Positions 1-9,131 of a DNA stretch of 64,000 nt are shown piece by piece. This stretch comes from a virus (Duplodnaviria; Caudoviricetes), in the IMG/VR virus record IMGVR_UViG_3300012665_000962, positions 1 to 64,000 of that record. The stretch is one strand, 5' to 3'. Below the pieces are notes generated by a model. That model ran no database searches, had not been told where the DNA came from, and worked only from the letters and a program-made list of their open reading frames with translations. The position numbers and the translations under genes are program-made. The first letter of the stretch is position 1. Each line of letters opens with the position of its first letter.

Positions 1-39
1 CCCAGAGATCAAGAACTTTATACATTTTTTTTACACCAA

Positions 40-45
40 TAAATA
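40..45 (+). promoter_or_regulatory. T4-type late promoter-like TAAATA, 4 nt before ATG 50
   Basis: ccaaTAAATAccccATG; no SD between motif and start. Confidence 0.6.
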
Positions 46-49
46 CCCC

Positions 50-865
50 ATGAACAGAAAAATTGCCGTAGTAACTACTTTTAATGATAACGGGCTGCAA
101 ACATATGCCCAACGAATGATTGATAGCTTTTGCCAAAATTGGCCAAAAGAAGTCGCCCTGTATCTTTACCCAGAAAATACAAATCCAAGGGTACCTGACC
201 ATGATCAAATACGATTAGTAGACATGGCCACTGGTGTTCCTGATCTAATGGCATTTAAAAACAAATGGCGAGATGTGCCAATGGCCAACGGAGATATATC
301 AGGTGTGCCAAGACTAGCGTCACGCAAGGATAGTCATAAACCTTTCAAGTGGGATGCTGTGAGATTTGCTCATAAAGTTTATGCTATCTTCCATTGTGCT
401 AAAAATTGTGATGCTGACGTGTTGATATGGATGGATGCTGATATGGTATGCCATAGTCCCATCACTATGGAAGAAATCAACAATCTAATACCCGAAGGCA
501 AAGATATCTGTTACCTTGGCAGGGTTGGAAAATTTTCAGAATGTGGTCTGTATTCTATGAATTTAAAATCATTACAGACAAAAAGTTTTTTATCAGAATT
601 TCAACGCATGTACGACCGTGCTGAAACTGGAATTTTCTATCTTGACGAGTGGCATGACAGTTTTGTGTTCGATGCTGTACGTAAAAAAATGCCATTTTTA
701 GAATTGCTTGATTGGAGTAATGGAGTAATTACTGGAGAAGGCCATCCATTGATCAACACACAGTGGGGTGCCTATCTCGATCACTTAAAAGGTGACAGAA
801 AATCCAGCGGAAAAAGTCATAGAAAAGATTTAAGAGTAAATCGGCCAGAAGCTTATTGGCAATAA
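50..865 (+). CDS. Putative GT-A type glycosyltransferase (nucleotide-diphospho-sugar transferase-like), 271 aa
   Basis: N-terminal IAVVTTF strand, WMDADMV DxD motif, C-terminal His (YLDHLKG); lies in a glycan gene cluster. Confidence 0.6.
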   Translation: MNRKIAVVTTFNDNGLQTYAQRMIDSFCQNWPKEVALYLYPENTNPRVPDHDQIRLVDMATGVPDLMAFKNKWRDVPMANGDISGVPRLASRKDSHKPFKWDAVRFAHKVYAIFHCAKNCDADVLIWMDADMVCHSPITMEEINNLIPEGKDICYLGRVGKFSECGLYSMNLKSLQTKSFLSEFQRMYDRAETGIFYLDEWHDSFVFDAVRKKMPFLELLDWSNGVITGEGHPLINTQWGAYLDHLKGDRKSSGKSHRKDLRVNRPEAYWQ

Positions 866-1797
866 TTTCTCATATGAGCCCACGCTTCGCCTGATCGTAG
901 CTCGTCAAAATTCCAATGGCTCATTGATATTTTTTCTATCCATGTTTGCCTGTCTGGAAGATTAGGATTTTCAATTTTTGATAGATCAGTATTAGCAATA
1001 ATACGACATTGACTACGTTCAGGGTCTGATACAAATACAGGATACCCTTCAATTGCTGCTCCTACCGTTGGACTAGAATTATGATTTACCACAGCCCAGC
1101 AATTAATTAGATCTTGTTCCAATGACCTACCAAACTCACTAAAAAATACATTAGTAAACCCTCTTATTTTACATTCTGGGTTCTTTGGGTCGAGATATCG
1201 TTTGGCATTACTGTCGTTTGGATGACCTCGAATAATTATTGGTCGGTCAGTTACTGCTCTTAATTTTTTTATAGTATCTATAGTCCAAGTTTGTACGTCA
1301 TATCCGTCCATAGACCAGCCACCGTTTCTTTGTAGACACAATAATATGTGATTTCCAGTGATTCTGTAGTCTTTTAATGTTAAATTAAGATTTTTAGAAA
1401 TAGATTGCCATCTATCAGGATTTGTTTCAGCGTCAAAATAAATCCCCGTGTTAGGAAAGACACCATTGAAACTATATCTTAGATAATGTAGTGGGTTAGC
1501 AGTGTTTTTATAAAGAAAAAGATTGCTGTCAACCACTAACACATGTCTATTATGTTTTAATTGTTCTTTTACTACACGATTCCTTAGTTCTAAGTGATTA
1601 GAAGTTTTTGACCCGGTATGGACCCATCCTTGTATTACACCAACATCTGAATAGTGAAATTTATTATCTCTAACACTAATCAACTGGTCATTATTTTTGA
1701 TAACACCTTCACTAAAATTTTGTAAAATTAACGGTTTTTCTGGATTTTTGTTATTTGGTGGAACGCTGGCATGATACACAGCTACAATTTTTTTCAT
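853..1797 (-). CDS. Capsule polysaccharide synthesis (KpsS/KpsC-like, GT-B) protein, 314 aa
   Basis: IIIRGHP and VVNHNSSPTVGAAIEGYPVF resemble the RxHP and T-x-N-S...A...GxPV motifs of KpsS/KpsC-like proteins. Confidence 0.5.
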   Translation of the reverse strand: MKKIVAVYHASVPPNNKNPEKPLILQNFSEGVIKNNDQLISVRDNKFHYSDVGVIQGWVHTGSKTSNHLELRNRVVKEQLKHNRHVLVVDSNLFLYKNTANPLHYLRYSFNGVFPNTGIYFDAETNPDRWQSISKNLNLTLKDYRITGNHILLCLQRNGGWSMDGYDVQTWTIDTIKKLRAVTDRPIIIRGHPNDSNAKRYLDPKNPECKIRGFTNVFFSEFGRSLEQDLINCWAVVNHNSSPTVGAAIEGYPVFVSDPERSQCRIIANTDLSKIENPNLPDRQTWIEKISMSHWNFDELRSGEAWAHMRNYCQ

Positions 1798-2594
1798 TGT
1801 GTCAACATCCGGTAAGCCGAGCCATCACGCATTTCGGAAATATGAAATTGACCATAGGCTAGATGGCAAGCCCACATAAATCTTTTGTCGTCTTCTGGAT
1901 AATATGGTGTTTCTATTTTAGAAAGATCCTGTAAACTAACAGGGCTAGCAGCATTACATGGAGCTAGAGTAAATGTTGGTATACCATAGAAATTTGCTTC
2001 AGTAGCAGCATTAGAATTGAAGGTCACAAGGGCAAACACATCGTCGTCTAGTGCTTGTTGTAGTGTAGAATTTTTAATTCTGTCAATTCTATTAGGTGCC
2101 CTTTCTCTAATTTCTACAGGTCTATCTGTGTAATTTTTAATAACATTTACAGTTTGATCTAACCATTCTTGTTTATCTATACCGTAAAATTTACATGGTT
2201 TTTCATCGGGTGCCGCGACTAAAATTTTTCGTCCAGTCTTTTTCCATGAATGTATTGGCTTTTTAAATTTGTCAAATCTGTCCGATGGACGTGGAATAAT
2301 TTCTCCGTGTTGTAGATTATTCTTTACAATACGATGCCAATACTTCCAGCCATTGGGATTTGTGTTAGTGCGCTCATTACCAAAGTAACCTGTGTCTATG
2401 TAGAAGAAATCACGACCGATATCCCAACACTTTTTCATTATTTTATGTTTTAGAATGCCTCTCAGGACAATAGGATCACTGCTGTTTTCAAAAACAAAAT
2501 CATCGATGCGAACAGTAGTACGACCGCACCCTCTAGCAAAGATATTAATGTATTCGTCGGTGCCGTCTTTGGTCAAAAATATCCAATTATTCAT
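1794..2594 (-). CDS. Capsule polysaccharide synthesis (KpsS/KpsC-like) protein, paralog of 853-1797, 266 aa
   Basis: LVTFNSNAATEANFYGIPTF motif; same C-terminal LAY/ISM-x-Q/H-F/W...E.R.G.A pattern as neighbour; ATGA overlap. Confidence 0.5.
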   Translation of the reverse strand: MNNWIFLTKDGTDEYINIFARGCGRTTVRIDDFVFENSSDPIVLRGILKHKIMKKCWDIGRDFFYIDTGYFGNERTNTNPNGWKYWHRIVKNNLQHGEIIPRPSDRFDKFKKPIHSWKKTGRKILVAAPDEKPCKFYGIDKQEWLDQTVNVIKNYTDRPVEIRERAPNRIDRIKNSTLQQALDDDVFALVTFNSNAATEANFYGIPTFTLAPCNAASPVSLQDLSKIETPYYPEDDKRFMWACHLAYGQFHISEMRDGSAYRMLTQ

Positions 2595-4719
2595 TTTTAA
2601 AGCCTTCCCAGAATGTTGTTCTAGTCAGACTCTTTTTGCCATCTTCGTCAACAAGAGCACGGCCCATGAGATGTGTAGTAATTTCCATTTTTATATGATA
2701 ACCATTAATAGCATTGTCTGCTGGCAAGTAGGTATTTTTGTATACTTCTAATAATTTTTTAGCAGCATGTGGTTTTATAGCATATCCCATTGCTCCCGGC
2801 ATTGAAGATTTTGGCCAAGTCTCTACAAAAGGTCTTCCATCGACGGCGTTTAGATAATCCCAATAGTCTGCGCTTTTGGTAGGATGTCCTATGGCTACAA
2901 TTAACACATCGTCAAATGTCACAGGCGTATACCCCCTAGATAACACAACATCGTCTTCAAAAATCATTATAGGTTTGTCGAGTTCTACACACTTCTTCCA
3001 TAGATTATAGTGACTCAAGAAGCAACCTTTTACTCCGGGAGTTTGTGCTTTTAATACACTCTTATCTTCTGGATTAAACAAACTATCTGGGCCTTTTATT
3101 CCCCACGGGTGTACAGTCCTGCCCTCTTGTTCCATTATTTTAACAGCATCTGTGCCATACACACCATCTGATAAATGTGCGGCAATCCCGTAAGATTCTA
3201 ACGAAGCTTTTAGATTGGTGGCGGTCTTTAGACTATGCTCAATCTTTGGAAGATGTATGATATATGCTTCCATATCTGTTTCTTTTTCCTTAACTATGTC
3301 GTTGTATTCGTTCATCCAGTTATCGCTGTACTCACAGTTGCGATAATTCTTAAACCAAGGGCCGCCTTCGGTATAATGTATGGCCTTGGGTTTGCCGTTG
3401 TTAGGCTCACGATACCAATTCACTAGCCAATTCCATTCAAGGTTTATTTTTCCAATTAAATTGTCTGACAGCCACATGAATCTATGTAAAAATTGACCAG
3501 ACTCAGTGTTAACCAGTTCCGGAGTTAACGCACGATTGGCAGGATGACCACAGTTCCAAAGAATCATTGAACTCCAATTCTTTCGTGGATAAGGTCTTTG
3601 TTTTGCTCCGTCCATTTTTTCACCCTCTGGCGGAGTATAGTCATGATGTACGCACATCACAGCGTATTTGTCATCTGCTTGGGCAAATAATTTTTCTATG
3701 TCATCTACAAATAAAAAATCACAGTCACAGAATATTGCCCAACCTTGATAGTTAGAAAGATACGGAACTAAAAAGCGACTAAAAGTAAATTCTGTACTAG
3801 AATATTTGTCAGGTGTGCGCCAATACAGGTTTTTATCTTTTAGTTCTTGTTGCTTAATAGGAACAACTTCAACAGATTTATTGTACTTTTTGATACTGTG
3901 TTTACACACTTGATAGGCAATGTCTTCTCGGCTATCCCAACCAACAAAAACTGTTTTCTTTTCAATACGTTCTATATCTTCTTCTACACATCGTTCGCCG
4001 TATTGTACTTCGACAATTTTACAAGGAACATTGTAAGGATTATACAAACGATGCCAGTTATGTTGTGGTATTACAATCTGTTCTAAGGTATCTAGTGTCT
4101 TATCTGGCATTCTATATCCAGATGGCATTAGTTGTTCTACTACACACTTGCCTTCACTAACTATCCAGTACTCGGCTCTGTGTTGGTGTCTTTGCATAGA
4201 TAGACTTTGCCCAGGCTCAACTGTAAGCTCTTTTACTTTGACATTTGGAGTGTCGTGTAATACACGGTAATATCCCCATACTCTGCCAGTTTTAGGAGCC
4301 TTCCATTCTTGTAAAATCCATGAACTTGAATTTGCTTTGTTATCACCGCCTACAGCAAATTCAAAAAATACGTTATCATCATTAATATCCATTTCTGGAA
4401 TATTTTTCTTTGTTCGATCACCACCGTTGGCAAATATTATAGTATCGTTAGGAAACAATGCTCTAACTTGACGAATACAGTCTTTGGCTGATCCGTCTTG
4501 GTCGTCAAACTCAAGTACTTCATCTACTTGTTTGAGATTTTGTATTACCAAAGATCGCTCTGTCCAAGGCATGAATGATCTGCCTTTTTTCTTTGCTAAC
4601 CAATTGTCTGAGTTTAGCCCTACAATTAGTTTATCGCCTAATTGCTTTGCTGCGTCAAAATATGCTATATGGCCTGAATGGATTGGGTCAAAGCCGCCCG
4701 TAACTATTACTATTTTCAT
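2587..4719 (-). CDS. Four-domain fusion: HldE/TagD-like nucleotidyltransferase + cupin (mannose-6-P isomerase C-terminal-like) + GT8-like + GT25 glycosyltransferase, 710 aa
   Basis: GGFDPIHSGH (HIGH-type); WGYYRVL...SMQRHQHRAEYW...HNWHRLYN (cupin); VFVGWDSRE...STEFTFSRF...FCDCDF...RKNWSS...IHYTEGGPW (GT8-like); AYIIHL...CFLSHYNLW...IFEDD (GT25). Confidence 0.8.
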   Translation of the reverse strand: MKIVIVTGGFDPIHSGHIAYFDAAKQLGDKLIVGLNSDNWLAKKKGRSFMPWTERSLVIQNLKQVDEVLEFDDQDGSAKDCIRQVRALFPNDTIIFANGGDRTKKNIPEMDINDDNVFFEFAVGGDNKANSSSWILQEWKAPKTGRVWGYYRVLHDTPNVKVKELTVEPGQSLSMQRHQHRAEYWIVSEGKCVVEQLMPSGYRMPDKTLDTLEQIVIPQHNWHRLYNPYNVPCKIVEVQYGERCVEEDIERIEKKTVFVGWDSREDIAYQVCKHSIKKYNKSVEVVPIKQQELKDKNLYWRTPDKYSSTEFTFSRFLVPYLSNYQGWAIFCDCDFLFVDDIEKLFAQADDKYAVMCVHHDYTPPEGEKMDGAKQRPYPRKNWSSMILWNCGHPANRALTPELVNTESGQFLHRFMWLSDNLIGKINLEWNWLVNWYREPNNGKPKAIHYTEGGPWFKNYRNCEYSDNWMNEYNDIVKEKETDMEAYIIHLPKIEHSLKTATNLKASLESYGIAAHLSDGVYGTDAVKIMEQEGRTVHPWGIKGPDSLFNPEDKSVLKAQTPGVKGCFLSHYNLWKKCVELDKPIMIFEDDVVLSRGYTPVTFDDVLIVAIGHPTKSADYWDYLNAVDGRPFVETWPKSSMPGAMGYAIKPHAAKKLLEVYKNTYLPADNAINGYHIKMEITTHLMGRALVDEDGKKSLTRTTFWEGFKNE

Positions 4720-4724
4720 GTTGA

Positions 4725-4730
4725 TATTTA
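4725..4730 (-). promoter_or_regulatory. Late promoter-like TAAATA, 5 nt before ATG 4719
   Basis: minus strand caTAAATAtcaacATG. Confidence 0.65.
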
Positions 4731-4748
4731 TGTGGTCAGTTTAATCGG

Positions 4749-4754
4749 TAAATA
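4749..4754 (+). promoter_or_regulatory. Late promoter-like TAAATA, back-to-back with 4725-4730
   Basis: ggTAAATAttaaaaAGGAacaattATG (SD present). Confidence 0.6.
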
Positions 4755-4770
4755 TTAAAAAGGAACAATT

Positions 4771-5340
4771 ATGGGACAAGAATACGTAGTAGATAAATTA
4801 AAACCTCATCTAGGAGGAAATTTTGCTGAGATTGACATAGCGTGTTGGTGTCCGAATGTTTGGGCATATATTATTGCTACATACCATATAAAAACAGCAA
4901 TGGATGTTGGATCAGGTAATGGTCGAGCAGCAGAATGGTTTGCCAAACAAGGGTTAACAGTTACAGCAATAGAAGGGTTAGAAAAAAATGTTGAAAACTC
5001 TGCTCACCCTGCTGTACTTCATGATATAACAACAGGCCCTTACATTAATCCTGTTGATTTTGTAAATTGTATCGAAGTAGTAGAACACATAGAAGAAACA
5101 TTTTTAGATAATTTATTAACAACATTGTGTCAAGGCAACTATATTTTAATAACTCACGCACTACCAGGACAAAAAGGCTGGCACCATGTAAATTGCCAAC
5201 CTAGTAATTACTGGATCGATCATATAGAATCCAAAGGTTTTGAATTCCTATTAGAAGAAAGCAATAAGATAAGAAAAATAGCCGAAGACGAGTCTGCTAT
5301 ACATATTGCTAAAAACGGATTATTTTTTAAAAAGAAATGA
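4771..5340 (+). CDS. Class I SAM-dependent methyltransferase, 189 aa
   Basis: MDVGSGNG motif I, TAIEG motif II, CIEVVEHI motif IV. Confidence 0.8.
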   Translation: MGQEYVVDKLKPHLGGNFAEIDIACWCPNVWAYIIATYHIKTAMDVGSGNGRAAEWFAKQGLTVTAIEGLEKNVENSAHPAVLHDITTGPYINPVDFVNCIEVVEHIEETFLDNLLTTLCQGNYILITHALPGQKGWHHVNCQPSNYWIDHIESKGFEFLLEESNKIRKIAEDESAIHIAKNGLFFKKK

Positions 5341-6122
5341 ATAATCTAATATTAGGAACTGCGTTTGGTTATGGTCCAAATCAAATAGAAGTGTTTGTAA
5401 AGTCTCTAAGAAAATATTCAAACAGTCAAGTAATGTTAGTTGTAGATTCATTATCTGAAGAATTAACTAATTTTCTTACTGACTATAATATATCTACATA
5501 TCTACATTCAGTAGATTTAACTAATATAAGAGTTTCTGAAATTTTTAACATAAGACACAAATGTTATAGAAATATTTTAGAATATAATTTTTTAGATGTT
5601 GACCGAGTGTTTATTTCAGATGTGAGAGATGTGGTATTTCAAGGCGATCCTTTTGCTCACGTTACTGATACTGATTTAGAATTTTTTTTAGAACCAAAAC
5701 AAATTAAAGATTGCGAGTTCAATTCGAAAAAAATTAAAAAATTGTACGGTAATAAATTCTTATCAGAAATTGGTGATAAAGAAATTTCTTGTGCCGGAAC
5801 AACAATTGGTACTAGAGAAGGAATTTTAAAATATCTAGATAAAATGTTATCAGAACTCAACAGATTAAAAATTCAAAATAATGCGTTTGCGGACGATCAG
5901 GCTGTTCATAATTATCTAATCTACAATAATTATTTTCCAAATCATAAAAAATATAATACAGGGTATGGGCCAGTGTCAACATTACATCATTTACGTGAAG
6001 GTATATTTAACAATCAAGGCCAAGTAATAAATATTGACGGGACCGTAGTTCCTATTGTTCATCAATGGGATCGATTATCTAAAGACAGACAACAAGTATT
6101 ATATCAAACAGCAGTATTATGA
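5337..6122 (+). CDS. Putative GT-A glycosyltransferase-like protein, 261 aa
   Basis: FISDVRDVVFQGDPF DxxD motif, ISCAGT, DDQAVHNY, VHQWDR. Confidence 0.55.
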   Translation: MNNLILGTAFGYGPNQIEVFVKSLRKYSNSQVMLVVDSLSEELTNFLTDYNISTYLHSVDLTNIRVSEIFNIRHKCYRNILEYNFLDVDRVFISDVRDVVFQGDPFAHVTDTDLEFFLEPKQIKDCEFNSKKIKKLYGNKFLSEIGDKEISCAGTTIGTREGILKYLDKMLSELNRLKIQNNAFADDQAVHNYLIYNNYFPNHKKYNTGYGPVSTLHHLREGIFNNQGQVINIDGTVVPIVHQWDRLSKDRQQVLYQTAVL

Positions 6123-6772
6123 GATCATTTATTATACATTTACCTAACGTAAAATCTTCGTTAGACAGCGCATTAGAAACTAAAAAACAATTAGAAAATA
6201 TAGGCATAACGCCTGAAATGTTTGTAGGCAGTTATGGACCAGAAATAGAAAAAATATTTGAAAAAGAAGGCAAGTTTGTACATCCAGTGGAAGGTATTGT
6301 ACTAGAACGAAGAAAAGTTTCAGGCACTGGGGCTAAAGGAGTTTTTCACAGTCATTTTAGATTATGGTCGCTATGCGTAGAGATCAATGAACCTATAATG
6401 GTATTTGAAGATGACGTAGTTGTATATCGCCCTCTCAAAGAAATGAACTTTGACGAAGTATTGATTATATCAATTAATTATGATTGGGATATGTCATTAC
6501 AATGGAAAGATTACTTAGAAAAAGATAATGAGTTGACAACAGCTCAGCCCTATACCGAAAGATTTATTCCAGGAACTTCGGGATATATTATTAAACCTGT
6601 AGCTGCTAAAAAATTAATAGAAACATACAAAAATTCTTATATAATTTCAGATGTTGCTATGAACTCAGAAATAATAAAAATGGAAATACATCCGCAAGTA
6701 ATTGGTAGATCAAAAACAATGGATGAAAAAGAATCATTAGTTAGACGCATAAATTGGGACACATTAAAATGA
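6119..6772 (+). CDS. GT25 (LPS/LOS biosynthesis-type) glycosyltransferase, 217 aa
   Basis: FIIHL, GVFHSHFRLW, IMVFEDD, GTSGYIIKP..AKKL; paralog of the last domain of 2587-4719. Confidence 0.75.
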   Translation: MRSFIIHLPNVKSSLDSALETKKQLENIGITPEMFVGSYGPEIEKIFEKEGKFVHPVEGIVLERRKVSGTGAKGVFHSHFRLWSLCVEINEPIMVFEDDVVVYRPLKEMNFDEVLIISINYDWDMSLQWKDYLEKDNELTTAQPYTERFIPGTSGYIIKPVAAKKLIETYKNSYIISDVAMNSEIIKMEIHPQVIGRSKTMDEKESLVRRINWDTLK

Positions 6773-7683
6773 AATCATTAGTAACCGGAGGAGCTGGGTT
6801 TATTGGCTCACATATTGTAGATCGCTTAATAGACCTAGGACACGAAGTTGTTGTCCTTGATACAGAAACAGCAGAAACACACGATCAATTTTATTATAAT
6901 AACAGAGCTTGGTATTACAAATACGATATTGCTGACTATGAATTAACAAGAGAATTATACGAAGGTGTTGATTACGTATTCCATTGTGCTGCTGAATCTA
7001 GAATACAGCCTACAATTTTAAACCCACTGCGAACTGTTAAAACCAATGTACTAGGCACAGCAACAGTATTACAATGTAGTAGGGAAGCCGGTGTCAAAAA
7101 AGTGATGTATAGTTCCACATCATCTGGTTACGGTTTAAAAAATGAACCACCTTTAAGTGAAGACATGCCAGACGATTGTCTTAATCCTTATTCAGTATCA
7201 AAAGTATCCGGCGAAAAACTATGTAAAATGTACACGGATTTATTTAAATTACCAACTGTGATTTTTAGATATTTTAATGTCTACGGCGATAGAGAACCAT
7301 TACGTGGTCCATATGCTCCGGTAGTGGGGTTGTTTCTAAGACAACACAAAGCAGGCGAATCATTAACCATAGTTCCGGACGGAACACAACGTAGAGATTT
7401 TACTCACGTCAGCGATATTGTAAATGCCAATATATTAGCAATGTCTGTAGATCACGAACGCTACGGTGAAGTGTTTAATGTTGGCACAGGTACAAATCAT
7501 TCTGTGCTAGAACTTGCTGAGATGATTTCAGAGAATACAAAAATGATAGCCCCGCGATTGGGCGAGGCTTATATTACATTGGCCAACAACGAAAAAATCA
7601 AAACTGTACTAGGCTGGCAACCTACTAAACGTATAGAAGATTACGTAGAAGAAAAACTCAAAGAGCTCGATGCTTCTTGTTAA
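6769..7683 (+). CDS. NAD-dependent epimerase/dehydratase (GalE/WcaG-like)
   Basis: VTGGAGFIGSH, YSSTSS, YSVSK (YxxxK), FRYFNVYG, RDFTHV; start moved from TTG 6754 to ATG 6769 (ATGA overlap with upstream stop). Confidence 0.9.
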   Translation: MKSLVTGGAGFIGSHIVDRLIDLGHEVVVLDTETAETHDQFYYNNRAWYYKYDIADYELTRELYEGVDYVFHCAAESRIQPTILNPLRTVKTNVLGTATVLQCSREAGVKKVMYSSTSSGYGLKNEPPLSEDMPDDCLNPYSVSKVSGEKLCKMYTDLFKLPTVIFRYFNVYGDREPLRGPYAPVVGLFLRQHKAGESLTIVPDGTQRRDFTHVSDIVNANILAMSVDHERYGEVFNVGTGTNHSVLELAEMISENTKMIAPRLGEAYITLANNEKIKTVLGWQPTKRIEDYVEEKLKELDASC

Positions 7684-8446
7684 TATCTTCAACTCGGCCT
7701 AGTAGTTCAAGATCAACTCCTAGGTCTAGTCCTTCCATTATTATCGCAGCAACATCTTTAGGAAAACAAGCGCCACCCCAACCATAATGGCCATCGGGTC
7801 CTGGTACTTCCATATGCGTTGTACCAATTCGATCATCATAGGCCGCCAAGTATGCTAGGTCTTTGATATCGACTCCTTCTGCGTCAGCAAGTTTTTTAAA
7901 GTCATTCATGAATGTTACTTTAGCAGCAAGATAACTATTCATCATATACTTGTACATTGAAGCAGTTTCAATTGGGACAATAATATGTTTGTTGTGGGTT
8001 AATTTACGACCGTAGACAAGGACTTCTCGAGCTCTAACTGCCCAATCATAATCTCCGCCAATAACACAGTAGTCAGCATTAGCATAATCAGCATTGGCGT
8101 TTGCCTGTGTTAAAAATTCCGGTACATGAATAAGATTTGGATATTCTTGTTGAAGTCGTTTATAGATGCTCGGTGGCGCCGTAGATTTACTAATCAATAC
8201 AACCTTGGGATTTTGAATTGTTACAAACAACAATTCTTTTAGTACTTGTTCAAGGATAGAAGTATCGCAGTGGCCGTCTTCAGTTGAAGGACTAGGCACA
8301 CAGATAAAAATAGCGTCTCTATCTATAAACTTATCTAAACTTGCTGAGTCTTGTAGTTTAGGATCTCTAATAATGAGATCAGCATTTCTATATGCCCAAC
8401 CTACTGCTCCACCTACAAAACCAAAACCAATAATACCTATTTTCAT
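7658..8446 (-). CDS. ugd: UDP-glucose/GDP-mannose 6-dehydrogenase family protein, short form, 262 aa
   Basis: GIIGFGFVG, FICVPSP, KSTAPP, PEFL, catalytic GGACFPKD. Confidence 0.8.
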   Translation of the reverse strand: MKIGIIGFGFVGGAVGWAYRNADLIIRDPKLQDSASLDKFIDRDAIFICVPSPSTEDGHCDTSILEQVLKELLFVTIQNPKVVLISKSTAPPSIYKRLQQEYPNLIHVPEFLTQANANADYANADYCVIGGDYDWAVRAREVLVYGRKLTHNKHIIVPIETASMYKYMMNSYLAAKVTFMNDFKKLADAEGVDIKDLAYLAAYDDRIGTTHMEVPGPDGHYGWGGACFPKDVAAIIMEGLDLGVDLELLGRVEDINKKHRAL

Positions 8447-8898
8447 AGAGTTGCGTCTTCCATACCAGCAACACGCAGTTTAACTATGTTAGTTAATTGC
8501 CATTGTTTCTGATCAAGTGCTTTGATAATGCCCAACCACTTGTTGCGTAGTAAGGCAAATTCGTTGATAATTTTTTCAAAATCTACAACGTCTGCTTCGC
8601 CGTCTACAAACTTTTCACAGTCTCTTGACGACAAAGCACGTTGATAGTTTTCTAAGTACTTACGAAAATGCTGACTTTTTAGTCGACGTAGTTCAATGTT
8701 AAGATACTCGAGAACTGCTTCAATCTCTTGTAGTTGATTAAAGCGATGCTCGATAATTCCAGGCATATTTGCTGCTGCTTTTTCAACATTCCCGTAGATT
8801 TTAACTTCAATCTTTGCTGCTTGTAATTCTGATTCGTAGTACACAGCAGCGTCTGGGATATGTGAAATATCCTTGGAAATTTTATCGTACCAGTTCAT
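8443..8898 (-). CDS. uvsY: UvsY-like recombination mediator, 151 aa
   Basis: Helical protein beside uvsX; LSSRDCEKFVDGE and GIIKALDQKQWQLTNIVKLR match the UvsY C-terminal pattern. Confidence 0.7.
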   Translation of the reverse strand: MNWYDKISKDISHIPDAAVYYESELQAAKIEVKIYGNVEKAAANMPGIIEHRFNQLQEIEAVLEYLNIELRRLKSQHFRKYLENYQRALSSRDCEKFVDGEADVVDFEKIINEFALLRNKWLGIIKALDQKQWQLTNIVKLRVAGMEDATL

Positions 8899-9131
8899 TG
8901 GTCTCCGTCATCATAACTATCCTCTTCGTCACTGTAGTCTTCTCCGTCTAAGGAATATTCTATAGCTTCGTCAAGGAAAGGGTCAATTCCTAAAAGATTG
9001 TCGAGCACTGATTCTTTTACACCGTAGTCTAACAGAGTACTAACAAAGTCTGCGGCTACGTCTTTTTTGAATTTTTCTGGAATATGTTCGCTCATAACAT
9101 TCCAAATATCGGCAATCAAATCATCTTTCAT
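8895..9131 (-). CDS. Hypothetical acidic protein, 78 aa
   Basis: ATGA overlaps with both uvsX and uvsY; Asp/Glu-rich tail. Confidence 0.7.
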   Translation of the reverse strand: MKDDLIADIWNVMSEHIPEKFKKDVAADFVSTLLDYGVKESVLDNLLGIDPFLDEAIEYSLDGEDYSDEEDSYDDGDQ

